The notes under the pieces are model-generated. The model searched no databases. It was not told the origin of the DNA and saw only the letters and a program-made list of their open reading frames with translations. The position numbers and the translations under genes are program-made. 63,449 nucleotides of DNA from a virus (taxonomy: Duplodnaviria > Caudoviricetes). The stretch covers positions 1 through 63,449 of the IMG/VR virus record IMGVR_UViG_3300012986_000064; one strand, given 5' to 3'. Positions 36,261 through 45,649 of this stretch are shown here, piece after piece (the stretch's first letter is position 1; each line of letters opens with the position of its first letter).

Positions 36261-37352
36261 CTACGCGTTGAGCAGTTCGAATTTCTGAATTGGCTGGTAG
36301 CGCGTGGTCGGGTCGCTGTTGTAGGCGCCGAAAATGCAGTAGTCGCGGCTCCACTCGAACGATTCCACATAGGTGCGCGTCAGACCGGAGAGGCGGTGCG
36401 CAGCCAGCGTGGCCGACTGGTCCGAGCAGTCAGCTTGGTAGTACAGGCCGAACTCGTCGAAGCCGGGCAGGGTGACTTTGCTCCACTGCTTCGCCGGATT
36501 CTCGGGGCTGCCGATGAGGCGGCCACGCAAGCAGTCCGGGTCGAGGCGGCCGGTGATGGCCACCGAGTTGGGCAGCACAGCGTATTCCGTAGCAGCCACG
36601 CCAGCGCCGGAGTTCACCACGCGGGGCGACTGGAAGAAGTTGCCCACCAGGTCAACCTCCCAGGCCTTGTTCACCGCGTTGTAGGCGCCCTGCGACAGCA
36701 GCTCGCGCACATCGCCCATGGCTCGGGGGTTGGCAAGGATGTCGGGCTGTTCGGCGCCGAAGTCCTGCTGGGCCAGAATGGAGGTGAGGTTGTTGTACAA
36801 GCCCACCCAGTTCTGCCGCTGGTTGCTGTCGGTCTGCACCGGCACCTGGAAGGCGTTGCCGCTCTGAGCGTAGTACGACAGCATTTCAGCCGGGAAGTAG
36901 CTGTTTTTGTTCAGGGCCAGGAAGTCGATGCACTTGGTATCGAGCAGGGCCTTGGCCTTGTTGATGCGCGAAACCAGCTGGTTCATCCACAGGTCCTCGT
37001 ACTTGAGGTCGTTGTTTTCGAACATGGCCGGCACCATCACGAAGCCGAACGACACGGTGAAGAAGGTGAAGGGCACCTGCTTCGAGGTAGCCCCGCCGGT
37101 CTGCACAGCGCAGGTGCGCACGTTAGAGATGGTGGGGTTCTCGTAGTCGATGACCGACGCTTTCACCACTTGGCCAAAGCTGTTGTTCAGCTTGGTGTCG
37201 AGGTCGGGCGTGAGAATAGTCATCGGTGCGGCGCTCTGTTTCTTGAACAGGTCGAGCGCACCGTACATGCTGGGGCGGTTTTCGTTGGCCCCAAGCCGGG
37301 CGGCGCCATTAGTGCGCAGCTCCTGCATCAACGTTGCAACAAGATTTTGCAT
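36261..37352 (-). CDS. Major capsid protein
   Basis: 363 aa, after the scaffold and before a terminator; RPS.YGAL...VIDY...GF...PAM..NN motifs recalled from B40-8-like capsids. Confidence 0.8.
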   Translation of the reverse strand: MQNLVATLMQELRTNGAARLGANENRPSMYGALDLFKKQSAAPMTILTPDLDTKLNNSFGQVVKASVIDYENPTISNVRTCAVQTGGATSKQVPFTFFTVSFGFVMVPAMFENNDLKYEDLWMNQLVSRINKAKALLDTKCIDFLALNKNSYFPAEMLSYYAQSGNAFQVPVQTDSNQRQNWVGLYNNLTSILAQQDFGAEQPDILANPRAMGDVRELLSQGAYNAVNKAWEVDLVGNFFQSPRVVNSGAGVAATEYAVLPNSVAITGRLDPDCLRGRLIGSPENPAKQWSKVTLPGFDEFGLYYQADCSDQSATLAAHRLSGLTRTYVESFEWSRDYCIFGAYNSDPTTRYQPIQKFELLNA

Positions 37353-37474
37353 GGGTGTAAGGGAGGATAAAAAAGTTGAAAAATGAACTGGGTGAGCAAT
37401 CGTCCCTTAATCACTCGGGGGCTTGGGTAGGGCGCTGTCCGTCACGTGGCCAGCGCCCTACACCGGGGTATTAC

Positions 37475-38380
37475 TTATTGCAGCGGTAGGCCCTGGCTGT
37501 GTTTAGCGTAGGCTTCGTCGAACTGCTTGGTGTCTTTCTTCACGCCCAGGCCCAGCAGCCAGGCGTTTACCTGCATCTTGGTGGTGACTGTGGCTGGGCG
37601 CGTGTCGGGCACCTTCACGGTACCGTCGTCGTTCAGGCCACTGCCGTTGTCGTTGCGGCCAGCACCACCGCCCTGGCCCTGGTGGCCCGTGTCGAGCACG
37701 TCCTTCAGCAGGTCGGAAAGGATGAAAGAGGCGTCAGCCGGCAGGTTCTCTTTGTTGAGCAGCGTCTTGCCGTCTTTCACATACACCACCTGCTTGCTGC
37801 CGTCGGCATTGTCCTGCACCTTGGCCATGCTGATGATTTGCGCCGTTGCGTTATCGACCAGCACATTGCGCACCGACTCTTTCACAGTTGGGTCGAACTT
37901 TAGCCCGCGCAAGCCATCACGCACGTCCAACTTCACATCTTTCTGAAAGCTCTCGGTTTGGGCCTGCTGCAGCTTGGTTTGGTACTCCTGCTCTTTGGCT
38001 TGCGCCGCTTCGAGTTGTGCCTTCAGTGTCGCATCGCCGCTGCCCTGGGCAATCTTCTGTTCCAGGTCAGTAATCTTCTGCTGTAGGGCCGTAGGAGCCG
38101 ATTTGAGGCCGCCAATCACGCGCTTGGCGTAGTCGTAGGTCTTTTCGGTGCCTTCCTTGGCAATACCGCTGGCGGTGAAGATGTCATTGTCGAGGCCTGT
38201 GTACAGCTCGCTGGTTTTTGCCCCAATCTGCTTGCCCAGTTCCGAGTCGAACTCATCTTTGGTGTAGGGCGTGAAGCCCAGTTTTTTAACCGAAGCAAGC
38301 ACGTGGTCCTTTAGCGCCGGATTAGCGGTAAGGGCGGCATCGAGTTCGGCGGCGTCAAAAGTGTTGTCAGAAATAGCCAT
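37475..38380 (-). CDS. Capsid scaffolding protein (possible upstream start at 38485)
   Basis: Coiled coil, EKTYDYAKRV, GGGAG linker; directly before the capsid gene. Confidence 0.7.
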   Translation of the reverse strand: MAISDNTFDAAELDAALTANPALKDHVLASVKKLGFTPYTKDEFDSELGKQIGAKTSELYTGLDNDIFTASGIAKEGTEKTYDYAKRVIGGLKSAPTALQQKITDLEQKIAQGSGDATLKAQLEAAQAKEQEYQTKLQQAQTESFQKDVKLDVRDGLRGLKFDPTVKESVRNVLVDNATAQIISMAKVQDNADGSKQVVYVKDGKTLLNKENLPADASFILSDLLKDVLDTGHQGQGGGAGRNDNGSGLNDDGTVKVPDTRPATVTTKMQVNAWLLGLGVKKDTKQFDEAYAKHSQGLPLQ

Positions 38381-38580
38381 CTGAGTCCCGTTCAGTGGGT
38401 GGTTAGTGGTTGATGAATGAGAAAATGCGGGGGAGGGAAGGGCCAGGGCAAGAAGTGCCAGGGCCGAGAAAAGCAGCGATTTCATGGTCGGTGTTTGGTG
38501 AGATAAGGCGATGAATGGCGGCAACTGAATCGAGCTGGCTCCGACGACTCGTCAGCCGCCGGAGCACTCGGGAATCGGCA

Positions 38581-39288
38581 CTAGGCCGTAGGGTTCTGCT
38601 TTTCGAAGTGGGCGATGGCTTCTTTCAGCTCATCTACCGTTTTGTCGGCCGGGGCTTCTTCACCAGCCAGCTCCATGTAGCGGGCCTGGTAGTCGGCTTT
38701 GGTGCGCAGCGGGCGGCGGGTAGCGTCCGGCGTGGTTTTCTCCGCTTTCAGGGAAGCCTCCAAGCCGCTGATGATTTCCAGCAGCTCTTCCAGGTTCTTA
38801 TCGGCCGGGGCTTCCTGCTTGGTCAGCTCGTGGTAGCGCATCTGCGCATCATTGAGCGTGGCCAGCGGCTTGTTGGGTTCGGCCGGGCTGCCTGTGGTCA
38901 CGTCGCCGGTTTTGTCGGCCTGCTGGCGGGCCTTGCTGCGCGGGTCATGCAGCAGGTTTACTTCGCCGTCTTCGCCCTGGTAGGGCGCAAACGAGTCGTT
39001 TTTCTCCATGCGCTCGAACTCCTGCACGCTCAGCGGCTGCACCCGGGCCACACGGTCAAAGTCGCGGGTACCGGGCTTGCGCACGTATTGCACCAGCTCC
39101 ACGTGCACCAGGTGCTGCTCGTGCTCCGGCACCTGGTAGCATGCTTTCTTGCCGGCGGCGGTGTTGCCGGTCACATGGGAGATGTCACCGCGGCCATCGT
39201 CCGACATGGTGGCGTCGAGTTGCTGCTGGCGAAGGGCGTCCACCTGGGACGATTTAAGCACCTGGGGTTTGGTTTGAAGGGTTGACAT
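38581..39288 (-). CDS. Hypothetical head-module protein with two short helical repeats
   Basis: YHELTKQEAPADKNLEEL / YMELAGEEAPADKTVDEL. Confidence 0.65.
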   Translation of the reverse strand: MSTLQTKPQVLKSSQVDALRQQQLDATMSDDGRGDISHVTGNTAAGKKACYQVPEHEQHLVHVELVQYVRKPGTRDFDRVARVQPLSVQEFERMEKNDSFAPYQGEDGEVNLLHDPRSKARQQADKTGDVTTGSPAEPNKPLATLNDAQMRYHELTKQEAPADKNLEELLEIISGLEASLKAEKTTPDATRRPLRTKADYQARYMELAGEEAPADKTVDELKEAIAHFEKQNPTA

Positions 39289-41038
39289 ACGACAACAGGG
39301 TGTTAAGAATGAGCTGTTTCTTGACGTGGTAAGGCTGCAGCGCAGCGAACAGGCGCACGTCGGCCTGTTCAGATTCGAAGCGTGCGATGTAGGCAGGGAA
39401 GTCGGCCTTCAGGGCCAGCTTCGCCGGGTCGTAGACTTGGAGCAGGTAGCTACCGCCCTGGGTAAGCGACTGGTTAATCATCGTCGTAATCTGGTCGACG
39501 GAGTACTGCGCCCACGGCTCCAGGTCGGAGAGGATGCGCACCCGGTCCAGCTGCGGCGGGTTGTTGCGGTACTGGGTGTAGAACTGCTTTTCCTGCAGCA
39601 GGCTCAGCACAAACACCGGGCTGCCGGCTTTGCGGGCCGATTCCAGCTCCTGGCTGATTTGCTGCGGGGTTTGCAGGTAAAACTCTTCGCCACGGCTCAC
39701 CACGACGCCCCGAAACACGGCCGCGCCGTAACGCAGCAGGCCGATGGTTTGCAGCACCCACTGAACGGCACTTTCGAAGTTTTTCTTGACCCGCACCAGC
39801 ACGTCCTGCCGGCTTTCGAAGCCCGCCCGCACGTCTTTTTCGTTGCGGGCCTGGTCGTTATGCGACTCGCCATCGGCCCCCAGACAGGAAATGAGAATGT
39901 CCCGGCGCAGTTGCTCTTGCGTGTCGGTGGCATTCTTCAGCGCCTCCACATCCGGCGACACCCACCCCAGGGGGTTGCGCGTGTCGGGAATTTCCTTGGT
40001 AGGACCTGGCACGGTGATGTGTGTGCCCGGTCCCATGTACTTCTTTAGCTGGCAGGCCGGGCAGGCCTGTGCCTGATACCGCGGCTTTTCGTCGTCGTAG
40101 CCCACCAGCAGCTGCACGATGCCGTTCTGGCACGGCTCGCCCCCAATGGGCTGGTAGCTGCACTGCTCTTCTACGCTCCAGAGCAGCGGGAACATGCCGA
40201 ACATCTTGAAGTACTCGATGCAGGCATACCAGAGCACGTAAGCATCCAAGTCGCCCAGCTGAGCTGTGAGCGGGCTGCGGCGGGCTAAGCTGGTTTCGCC
40301 CAGCAGGGCTTCGCTCCACAGCAGCCGGGCAGGACAGTAGCCCAGCGCGTGGGAATTCTCCAGCGCAGCAACCGTGGGCCACTCGGCTTCGGTTTCCAGC
40401 TTCTCGAAGATGCGGTAGTGCCCATCGTCGTACACAGCCCGACGCTGAACCGTTTTGCCGGCTTCGTTGAGCCGGCTGGGCAGCGCGAAGATGATGTACT
40501 CGCAGCTGGCGTCCTCTTTTATTTTGAGGTCTACAACTTCTTCAATTGGCAGCAGAAACACGTACGGCTCGGGCCGGGGCGTGGTCTGCGTTTCGGGCAT
40601 GTCCACGACCAGCACCGAGTGCGGTGCCCGACGTGCCGCCCGGAAGGCCTTCTGCGACCAGAAAGTTTCTTCGTTGAGCGTGCCGCGGTAGGCTTCGAAA
40701 TCCGACTCCAGCTCCGCACTAGCCATATCGAGCGTCACGGCCCCGTCCTGCGCTTCGAAGAGGCGGGAAAGGCCGTCGAACACCTGGCCCACAATCTTGG
40801 CCGTTGGCAGGGGAGCCGGAATGAAGCTGACCAGCTTTTCATACTTCTCAGTCGGCAGCACCGCTTTGGGCAGTGCCAGCAGATTGCCTAGCCCGGTACT
40901 GGTGCGCAGCTTCAGCGGTTCTATCTCCGGGTCCGCGTGCAGCCGAATCCGCTCCTCATGTGCCCGGCACGATGCTAAGGCCTCCACGTTTGCGGGGCTT
41001 TTTAGCAGTTGGCTTACTTGCGTCGGGGTGAGCAGCAT
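39254..41038 (-). CDS. Portal protein
   Basis: 594 aa between terminase and scaffold; HALGYCPA motif. Confidence 0.75.
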   Translation of the reverse strand: MLLTPTQVSQLLKSPANVEALASCRAHEERIRLHADPEIEPLKLRTSTGLGNLLALPKAVLPTEKYEKLVSFIPAPLPTAKIVGQVFDGLSRLFEAQDGAVTLDMASAELESDFEAYRGTLNEETFWSQKAFRAARRAPHSVLVVDMPETQTTPRPEPYVFLLPIEEVVDLKIKEDASCEYIIFALPSRLNEAGKTVQRRAVYDDGHYRIFEKLETEAEWPTVAALENSHALGYCPARLLWSEALLGETSLARRSPLTAQLGDLDAYVLWYACIEYFKMFGMFPLLWSVEEQCSYQPIGGEPCQNGIVQLLVGYDDEKPRYQAQACPACQLKKYMGPGTHITVPGPTKEIPDTRNPLGWVSPDVEALKNATDTQEQLRRDILISCLGADGESHNDQARNEKDVRAGFESRQDVLVRVKKNFESAVQWVLQTIGLLRYGAAVFRGVVVSRGEEFYLQTPQQISQELESARKAGSPVFVLSLLQEKQFYTQYRNNPPQLDRVRILSDLEPWAQYSVDQITTMINQSLTQGGSYLLQVYDPAKLALKADFPAYIARFESEQADVRLFAALQPYHVKKQLILNTLLSYVNPSNQTPGA

Positions 41039-41237
41039 CGGAAGAATCAGCAGCGGATTCAGTGGCGGTGGGAGAGGTGGGAGCGTCTACCGGTTGCCAG
41101 TCGGTGCGCTTGGTGGCGGCTTGTCGGGCGAGGATGCGGGCGGCGTGGTCGGCGTCGAACTCGCGGGTTTCGCCCAACTCGGGAGCGTGCAGCAGCTCCT
41201 TGGCCGGCTGCACGCTCCGTTGCTGGGGCTTTTTCAA
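40956..41237 (-). CDS. Small conserved phage protein
   Basis: TREFDADHAARIL; TTG start right after the tail-tube stop. Confidence 0.5.
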   Translation of the reverse strand: MKKPQQRSVQPAKELLHAPELGETREFDADHAARILARQAATKRTDWQPVDAPTSPTATESAADSSDAAHPDASKPTAKKPRKRGGLSIVPGT

Positions 41238-41867
41238 TTAGGCGGGGTTCAGGGCCTTGCGGGGGTCGAAGCTGGGCGTAATCAGCACCAGGTCCTTGTC
41301 CCAGTCGGGAGCCAGCGAGAAGCCGAAGGGCAGCTTATCCGTCGTTTTCAACCCTTCCAGACCACGGCTGGCCAGGTAGAAGTTGTAGAGGTCGATGCCC
41401 GCGATTTTGCCGTCGGCCAGCTTGCGGGCCAGAATGCGGCGGTCGCCGGTGATGAGGAAACCCGTCAGGCCCTGGGTGAGGCCGGCGGTGCTCTCATCGG
41501 CCAGGGTGCGGATTTCTTCGGCGATTTCGAAGGGCAGGCTCTCGAATACAGCCGTCGCTTTCACCGAGTTGAAGCCCACGAAGGTGCCCAGCCCGTCGAT
41601 GCTTTCGTTGCTGTTTTCGTTGATGTACTGCGGCTCCGACGAGGGGATTTTGAAGCCCGGAAACTCCGGCGTCTTCACCATCTTGGTATCGTCAGCGGCA
41701 GTCAGCAGTGCGGTCCAGTTGGCCAGCACCTTCGCGGCTGCCTCCGTGGCGAAGGGCGCATCGTCTTGTTGGCGTTGGAACACAGCGGCCACAATCTGGC
41801 CTAGGTTAATACCGCACACGACCGCTGAAATGGCGGTGAGGGCGGCGGGGCGGGTGCAAGTAGCCAT
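41238..41867 (-). CDS. Major tail tube-like protein
   Basis: C...GQI....FQR...W..LL.A.D.TK pattern recalled from B40-8-like major virion proteins; own late element. Confidence 0.65.
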   Translation of the reverse strand: MATCTRPAALTAISAVVCGINLGQIVAAVFQRQQDDAPFATEAAAKVLANWTALLTAADDTKMVKTPEFPGFKIPSSEPQYINENSNESIDGLGTFVGFNSVKATAVFESLPFEIAEEIRTLADESTAGLTQGLTGFLITGDRRILARKLADGKIAGIDLYNFYLASRGLEGLKTTDKLPFGFSLAPDWDKDLVLITPSFDPRKALNPA

Positions 41868-41890
41868 GGGCTCAGCGGGGATGAGGTGAA

Positions 41891-41917
41891 TTAATGTTTG
41901 TAAAGTAAGTACATTAA
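41891..41917 (-). promoter_or_regulatory. Late element copy 5
   Basis: Identical 27-mer to copy 1. Confidence 0.85.
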
Positions 41918-41943
41918 ATCCATCTTTTCCAAATCCGCTTCAG

Positions 41944-43509
41944 CTAGTTGCGGCGCTTGATAAACCAGGGCTTTGGGGTGGGCTTGCCCAGTTCAAAGAA
42001 CTCGCGCATCATAAACGTGTCGCCAAAGTCAGGCGAGCGGCCCTGCAGAATGACTTTCTGGGCCTCCTTGCTGTTGATGGTCTTGCGCTTATCTGGGTCG
42101 GTTGGGCCGCGCTTGATGGCCTTCAGGTCAGCTTTCAGCAACTCCAGCACCGTCGTTACTTTCTTGCCCAGCATGAGCTTCACGCCCCGTATGCCGTCCA
42201 CGGTAACGGTGTCGTCGTTGACCTGCACCGCCACCGAGGCCAGATTGGTGCGGTCGGCCATGCGGTAATAGCACTGGGTCTTCAGGTTGTAGTAGCGCTC
42301 CACCTCGCCTGTATCCGGGTCTTCCATGGGACTGGCGCCGCCGGCGAAGCCCCGGTAGCCCTTGCCATAGATAAACACCTTGCCGCCTACGCCGTCCTGG
42401 TCGACCAACACGTCCGACTCCGCTACCTGCCAAGCCCGGCGCTGGGTTTCGATGGCGTTGTAGATGGCGAGGGAATCGGTTTTGCGCTCTACGACGATTT
42501 GCACCACCTTCCAGCCTTCCCACACCATTATCACGGTGAAGTCCTTGCCGAAGCCGGCGGCGTCGCATGTGATGTAGCGGGGCGGCCGCGGCGGCTGGGC
42601 CAGCTGGTTGCTGAAGAGGTCACTGAGGCGGTTCGTTTCGAACAGGCCCAGGCCGTCTACCTTGATTTTCCAGTTGCCCTCCAGCAGCTGGGCTTTCTCC
42701 TCCGGGCCCAGGGCCATCAGGTTGCCGAGGTAGCTGGGGTCGATGTCGAGCAGCTTCCGGTTTTCAAATACGGTGCCCGGGATGAAGGTGGCCGACTTGG
42801 GCTGCACCGACGCCAGGTCGCCTTCGAACAGGTGCGGCGCCTGCGCTATCACGTCGGCCGGCGTGTCGCCCCAAATGGTCACTTCGCCGTCGCGGGTGAA
42901 GTAGCGCACCACCCCGGCCCGCTCCTTGATGGGGAAGCCGGTTTCGGGATTTATCCACCAGGATATAAACTCAGCTACCCAGCTGTCCGGGTCGGGGTTG
43001 CAGCTGGCCCGCACGTAGGGCTTCACGCCGCTCGTGCTCCGGTTGCGGCTGAGCATGTAGAAGAACTGGTACTCCGAGAAGTGCGTGAGCTCGTCGAAGA
43101 TGATGAGCGGTATCTCGGTGCCTTGCCAGTCGCTCACTGTTTTGTCAAACTGCAGGTGTCGAAACGCCACGGTGGCTCCGCTGCGAAACTTCCAGTCCAC
43201 CTGGGCTTCGCGGGGCGTGGCCCCAATGAGGGGGAACAGCTTTTTGCTGGCATCCCACAGGCCGCCGGCGTTCATAATCTGCGGATAGGTCCGCCGGAAG
43301 ACAACCGCTTGAAAGTTGGAGTTGAACTGATGGCGGGTGCATTCCATGAGCAGGGCAAAGGTTTTGCCACCACCAGCGCCGCCGCCGATGATGGCAATGT
43401 CGGCCGACGTGCTCAGGGCCGCCGTCTGAAACCCAGGCTGCGGGTAGATGCCGGGGCCGCGCTGGGGCTGGCCGGCCCGGCGGGGCTTAGCTACGCGAGT
43501 GGCGCTCAT
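41944..43509 (-). CDS. terL: Terminase large subunit
   Basis: Walker A GGGAGGGKT, Walker B IIFDELTHF, SCNP, nuclease ITCDAAGFGKD...SPDFGD. Confidence 0.95.
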   Translation of the reverse strand: MSATRVAKPRRAGQPQRGPGIYPQPGFQTAALSTSADIAIIGGGAGGGKTFALLMECTRHQFNSNFQAVVFRRTYPQIMNAGGLWDASKKLFPLIGATPREAQVDWKFRSGATVAFRHLQFDKTVSDWQGTEIPLIIFDELTHFSEYQFFYMLSRNRSTSGVKPYVRASCNPDPDSWVAEFISWWINPETGFPIKERAGVVRYFTRDGEVTIWGDTPADVIAQAPHLFEGDLASVQPKSATFIPGTVFENRKLLDIDPSYLGNLMALGPEEKAQLLEGNWKIKVDGLGLFETNRLSDLFSNQLAQPPRPPRYITCDAAGFGKDFTVIMVWEGWKVVQIVVERKTDSLAIYNAIETQRRAWQVAESDVLVDQDGVGGKVFIYGKGYRGFAGGASPMEDPDTGEVERYYNLKTQCYYRMADRTNLASVAVQVNDDTVTVDGIRGVKLMLGKKVTTVLELLKADLKAIKRGPTDPDKRKTINSKEAQKVILQGRSPDFGDTFMMREFFELGKPTPKPWFIKRRN

Positions 43510-43901
43510 GGCAAACTCGATGGAGTAGCCCGGGTTCGTCTAAAGCTTACTATCAATAAGACGGCGTTAGCTACGGCAATGGTCCATTGAATAGCGTTAT
43601 GGGCTAACGCTGGTATAAGTACACCTCGGAGAACAGCAGTGAGGAATGCTACAATAAAGCCCCCTGCTAGAAGGAGTAACATGATAACCTTAGCCCATTG
43701 CTTGCCCTTCCAGACATAAACAGCAATAAGGAAGAAGACAGTGCTCAAAATAGCTATTTGCAGGGTAGGGGTAGATTGAAGGGGATGCTTGCCAATGCTT
43801 TTGACTTGCATGTAATAGCTGATTAGCCAGTTGATTATGAATCCAGCTAGAAATAGCACTGCTGACAATTTTTCGTACTTGCGTTTCCGGGTGATTTCCA
43901 T
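43506..43901 (-). CDS. 4-TM moron between terS and terL
   Basis: AT-rich, hydrophobic; TACTTTGC box at ~43943-43950. Confidence 0.7.
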   Translation of the reverse strand: MEITRKRKYEKLSAVLFLAGFIINWLISYYMQVKSIGKHPLQSTPTLQIAILSTVFFLIAVYVWKGKQWAKVIMLLLLAGGFIVAFLTAVLRGVLIPALAHNAIQWTIAVANAVLLIVSFRRTRATPSSLP

Positions 43902-43958
43902 CGTATGAGGACTTAGTGCGCAGAACGGGCTGCTTTTTCCAAGCAAAGTAGAGATTTG

Positions 43959-44510
43959 CTACCGCCCGTTATCGGGCACGTAGATGTTAGACCCAGCCTC
44001 GAACTTCTCCCCAGCGTTTGTGTGGTCGAACTTCTGTGGCGCATAGCGGCCGTGTATCTGCAGAATCTTGTGCACGGCATCCTTCGCGTCGTGCAGCTTT
44101 ACCGTGGTGCGCCGCTCGGTGCGCTCAGCATCGCCCATCGCGATGGTCACAGTGGTCTGCGTCATCTCCTTGATGAGGTGCAGGTGGTCCTTCGCCTCCG
44201 GGTGGCTCAGGTTGAACTCCAACGTCCCATCCTCACCCACCTTCAGAAACCGCTGGATGCTGCCGCGGCCCCAGTCAGCCAGCTTGGCAATGGCTTCCCC
44301 GGCTGACATACTATACCGGGCCATGTGCTTTTCAATAGCCGCCTGCACCCGCTCATCACCGAGCAGGTCGCTGCCCGTTTGCCGGGCCGATTTGGCCGAA
44401 TACCCGGCTCGCTCCGCGGCAGCCGTCGCATTCCAGTCAATGCAGTACTCCAGCACGAAGGCTTTCGCCTTCGCGCTGAGTGCTTTAGTCTTCGGTGGTT
44501 GGCTTCCCAT
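43959..44510 (-). CDS. terS: Terminase small subunit
   Basis: FVLEYCIDWNATAAAERAGYSAKSA. Confidence 0.9.
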   Translation of the reverse strand: MGSQPPKTKALSAKAKAFVLEYCIDWNATAAAERAGYSAKSARQTGSDLLGDERVQAAIEKHMARYSMSAGEAIAKLADWGRGSIQRFLKVGEDGTLEFNLSHPEAKDHLHLIKEMTQTTVTIAMGDAERTERRTTVKLHDAKDAVHKILQIHGRYAPQKFDHTNAGEKFEAGSNIYVPDNGR

Positions 44511-44550
44511 CGCCTTAACCTATGGTAGAATGTACGGAAATGTACGGTTG

Positions 44551-44575
44551 TAATGTTTGTAAAGTAAGTACATTA
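44551..44575 (-). promoter_or_regulatory. Late element copy 6
   Basis: TAATGTACTTACTTTACAAACATTA upstream of terS. Confidence 0.85.
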
Positions 44576-44576
44576 T

Positions 44577-45017
44577 TCATAAAAAAGGGGCTGGTTGGGG
44601 TTGATGACGGGCCGCCCAGATGTCGGTGCCCTTCGCCTGGTTGCACGGCTCGCACAGGCACTGAAAGTTGCTGCGGTGGTTGCTGCCGCCCCGTGCCAGC
44701 GGCACAATGTGGTCGGCCGTCAGCCGCTCCGTGCTGCCGCAGTGCTCGCAGCGCCCGCCGGCGGCGGCAATCACCTCGGCCCGCATGGCAATACGCTCCG
44801 GCTTGCTCAGCCGCTCCAGGGGGGCGGGCTGCTCGGGCGCGGGGCCGTAGAGCTCCTGTAGCCGGCGCTTCTTCCGGGCCCGGCGGCCCTTGCTGGGCTT
44901 CGGGGTGGGCAGACCGCCGGGGAAGTACTCTTTGTTGGGGAGGCGCACGGCTTCGAAGTAGACTTCCCCGGTTTCCGGGTCCCGGCGCTTGACGATGTGG
45001 CGCAGCTTCTTCATCAC
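44577..45017 (-). CDS. HNH endonuclease (terminase-adjacent)
   Basis: CEHCG...DHIVP...GG.N...N..CLC..CN..K. Confidence 0.85.
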   Translation of the reverse strand: MMKKLRHIVKRRDPETGEVYFEAVRLPNKEYFPGGLPTPKPSKGRRARKKRRLQELYGPAPEQPAPLERLSKPERIAMRAEVIAAAGGRCEHCGSTERLTADHIVPLARGGSNHRSNFQCLCEPCNQAKGTDIWAARHQPQPAPFL

Positions 45018-45649
45018 GCGGGCAGTTTAACGGCGGCCTGCACCTGCGCAATCACGTCTTTTGGCACCTCCCACAGTGACAGGGCGCCTTTGGCCGGTAC
45101 TGGCTCGGCCAGGCGCAGTACGTCCTGCAGCACCCACGCGAAGCGGCCGGGGCTGTAGTCACCGAAGGCGTATTCCTGGGGCGTGAGCTGGGCCGGGTCC
45201 AACTCTCGAGCATTCGTAATGCGCTGGCCGGCGTGGGCACCTTCGGGCATGATGCGCTTGCACAGCTGCAGATTGGCCACAGCCACGATGCCCCCGCGGG
45301 GCAGGGTATCGAAGGTGTGGCCCATCGCTTCCACGGCTGCTTTGATGTACGGGTCGTGCTCGCAGAGGGTACGCACGTGGCTGGGCTTGCCCAGGCTGGC
45401 GGCAATGGCCAGCGGCCCACGGTAGGCCGTATTCCAGCTGCGTGTTTCCAGGTGCTTCAGCCGGAAGGCGACCAGTGAGGCCCACGGCTGCAGCAGGGAA
45501 ATAGCTTTAAGACCCGGGCCCAGGCGGAGGTTGGCGCGTAGGGCCGCATCGACGAGTTCAAGCACGGCCAGCTTTACCGGCGCGGGGGCGTTGGGGTCCA
45601 TCGTGGCCGTGGCCGACGAGAAGGGCAGGGGTAGGGTGTGGTGTTCCAT
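45014..45649 (-). CDS. ASCH domain protein
   Basis: KAISLLQPWASLV...K..ETRSW...YRGPLAI...KGALSLW. Confidence 0.9.
   Translation of the reverse strand: MEHHTLPLPFSSATATMDPNAPAPVKLAVLELVDAALRANLRLGPGLKAISLLQPWASLVAFRLKHLETRSWNTAYRGPLAIAASLGKPSHVRTLCEHDPYIKAAVEAMGHTFDTLPRGGIVAVANLQLCKRIMPEGAHAGQRITNARELDPAQLTPQEYAFGDYSPGRFAWVLQDVLRLAEPVPAKGALSLWEVPKDVIAQVQAAVKLPA

Noticed and set aside
40956-41867. Stop-codon read-through fusing the tail tube to the in-frame downstream ORF
   Set aside because: The stop is TAA followed directly by a usable TTG start; no evidence for read-through
9970-44575. Repeated 25-27-mer as a CRISPR repeat
   Set aside because: Copies are kilobases apart and sit at gene starts; no spacer array or cas genes
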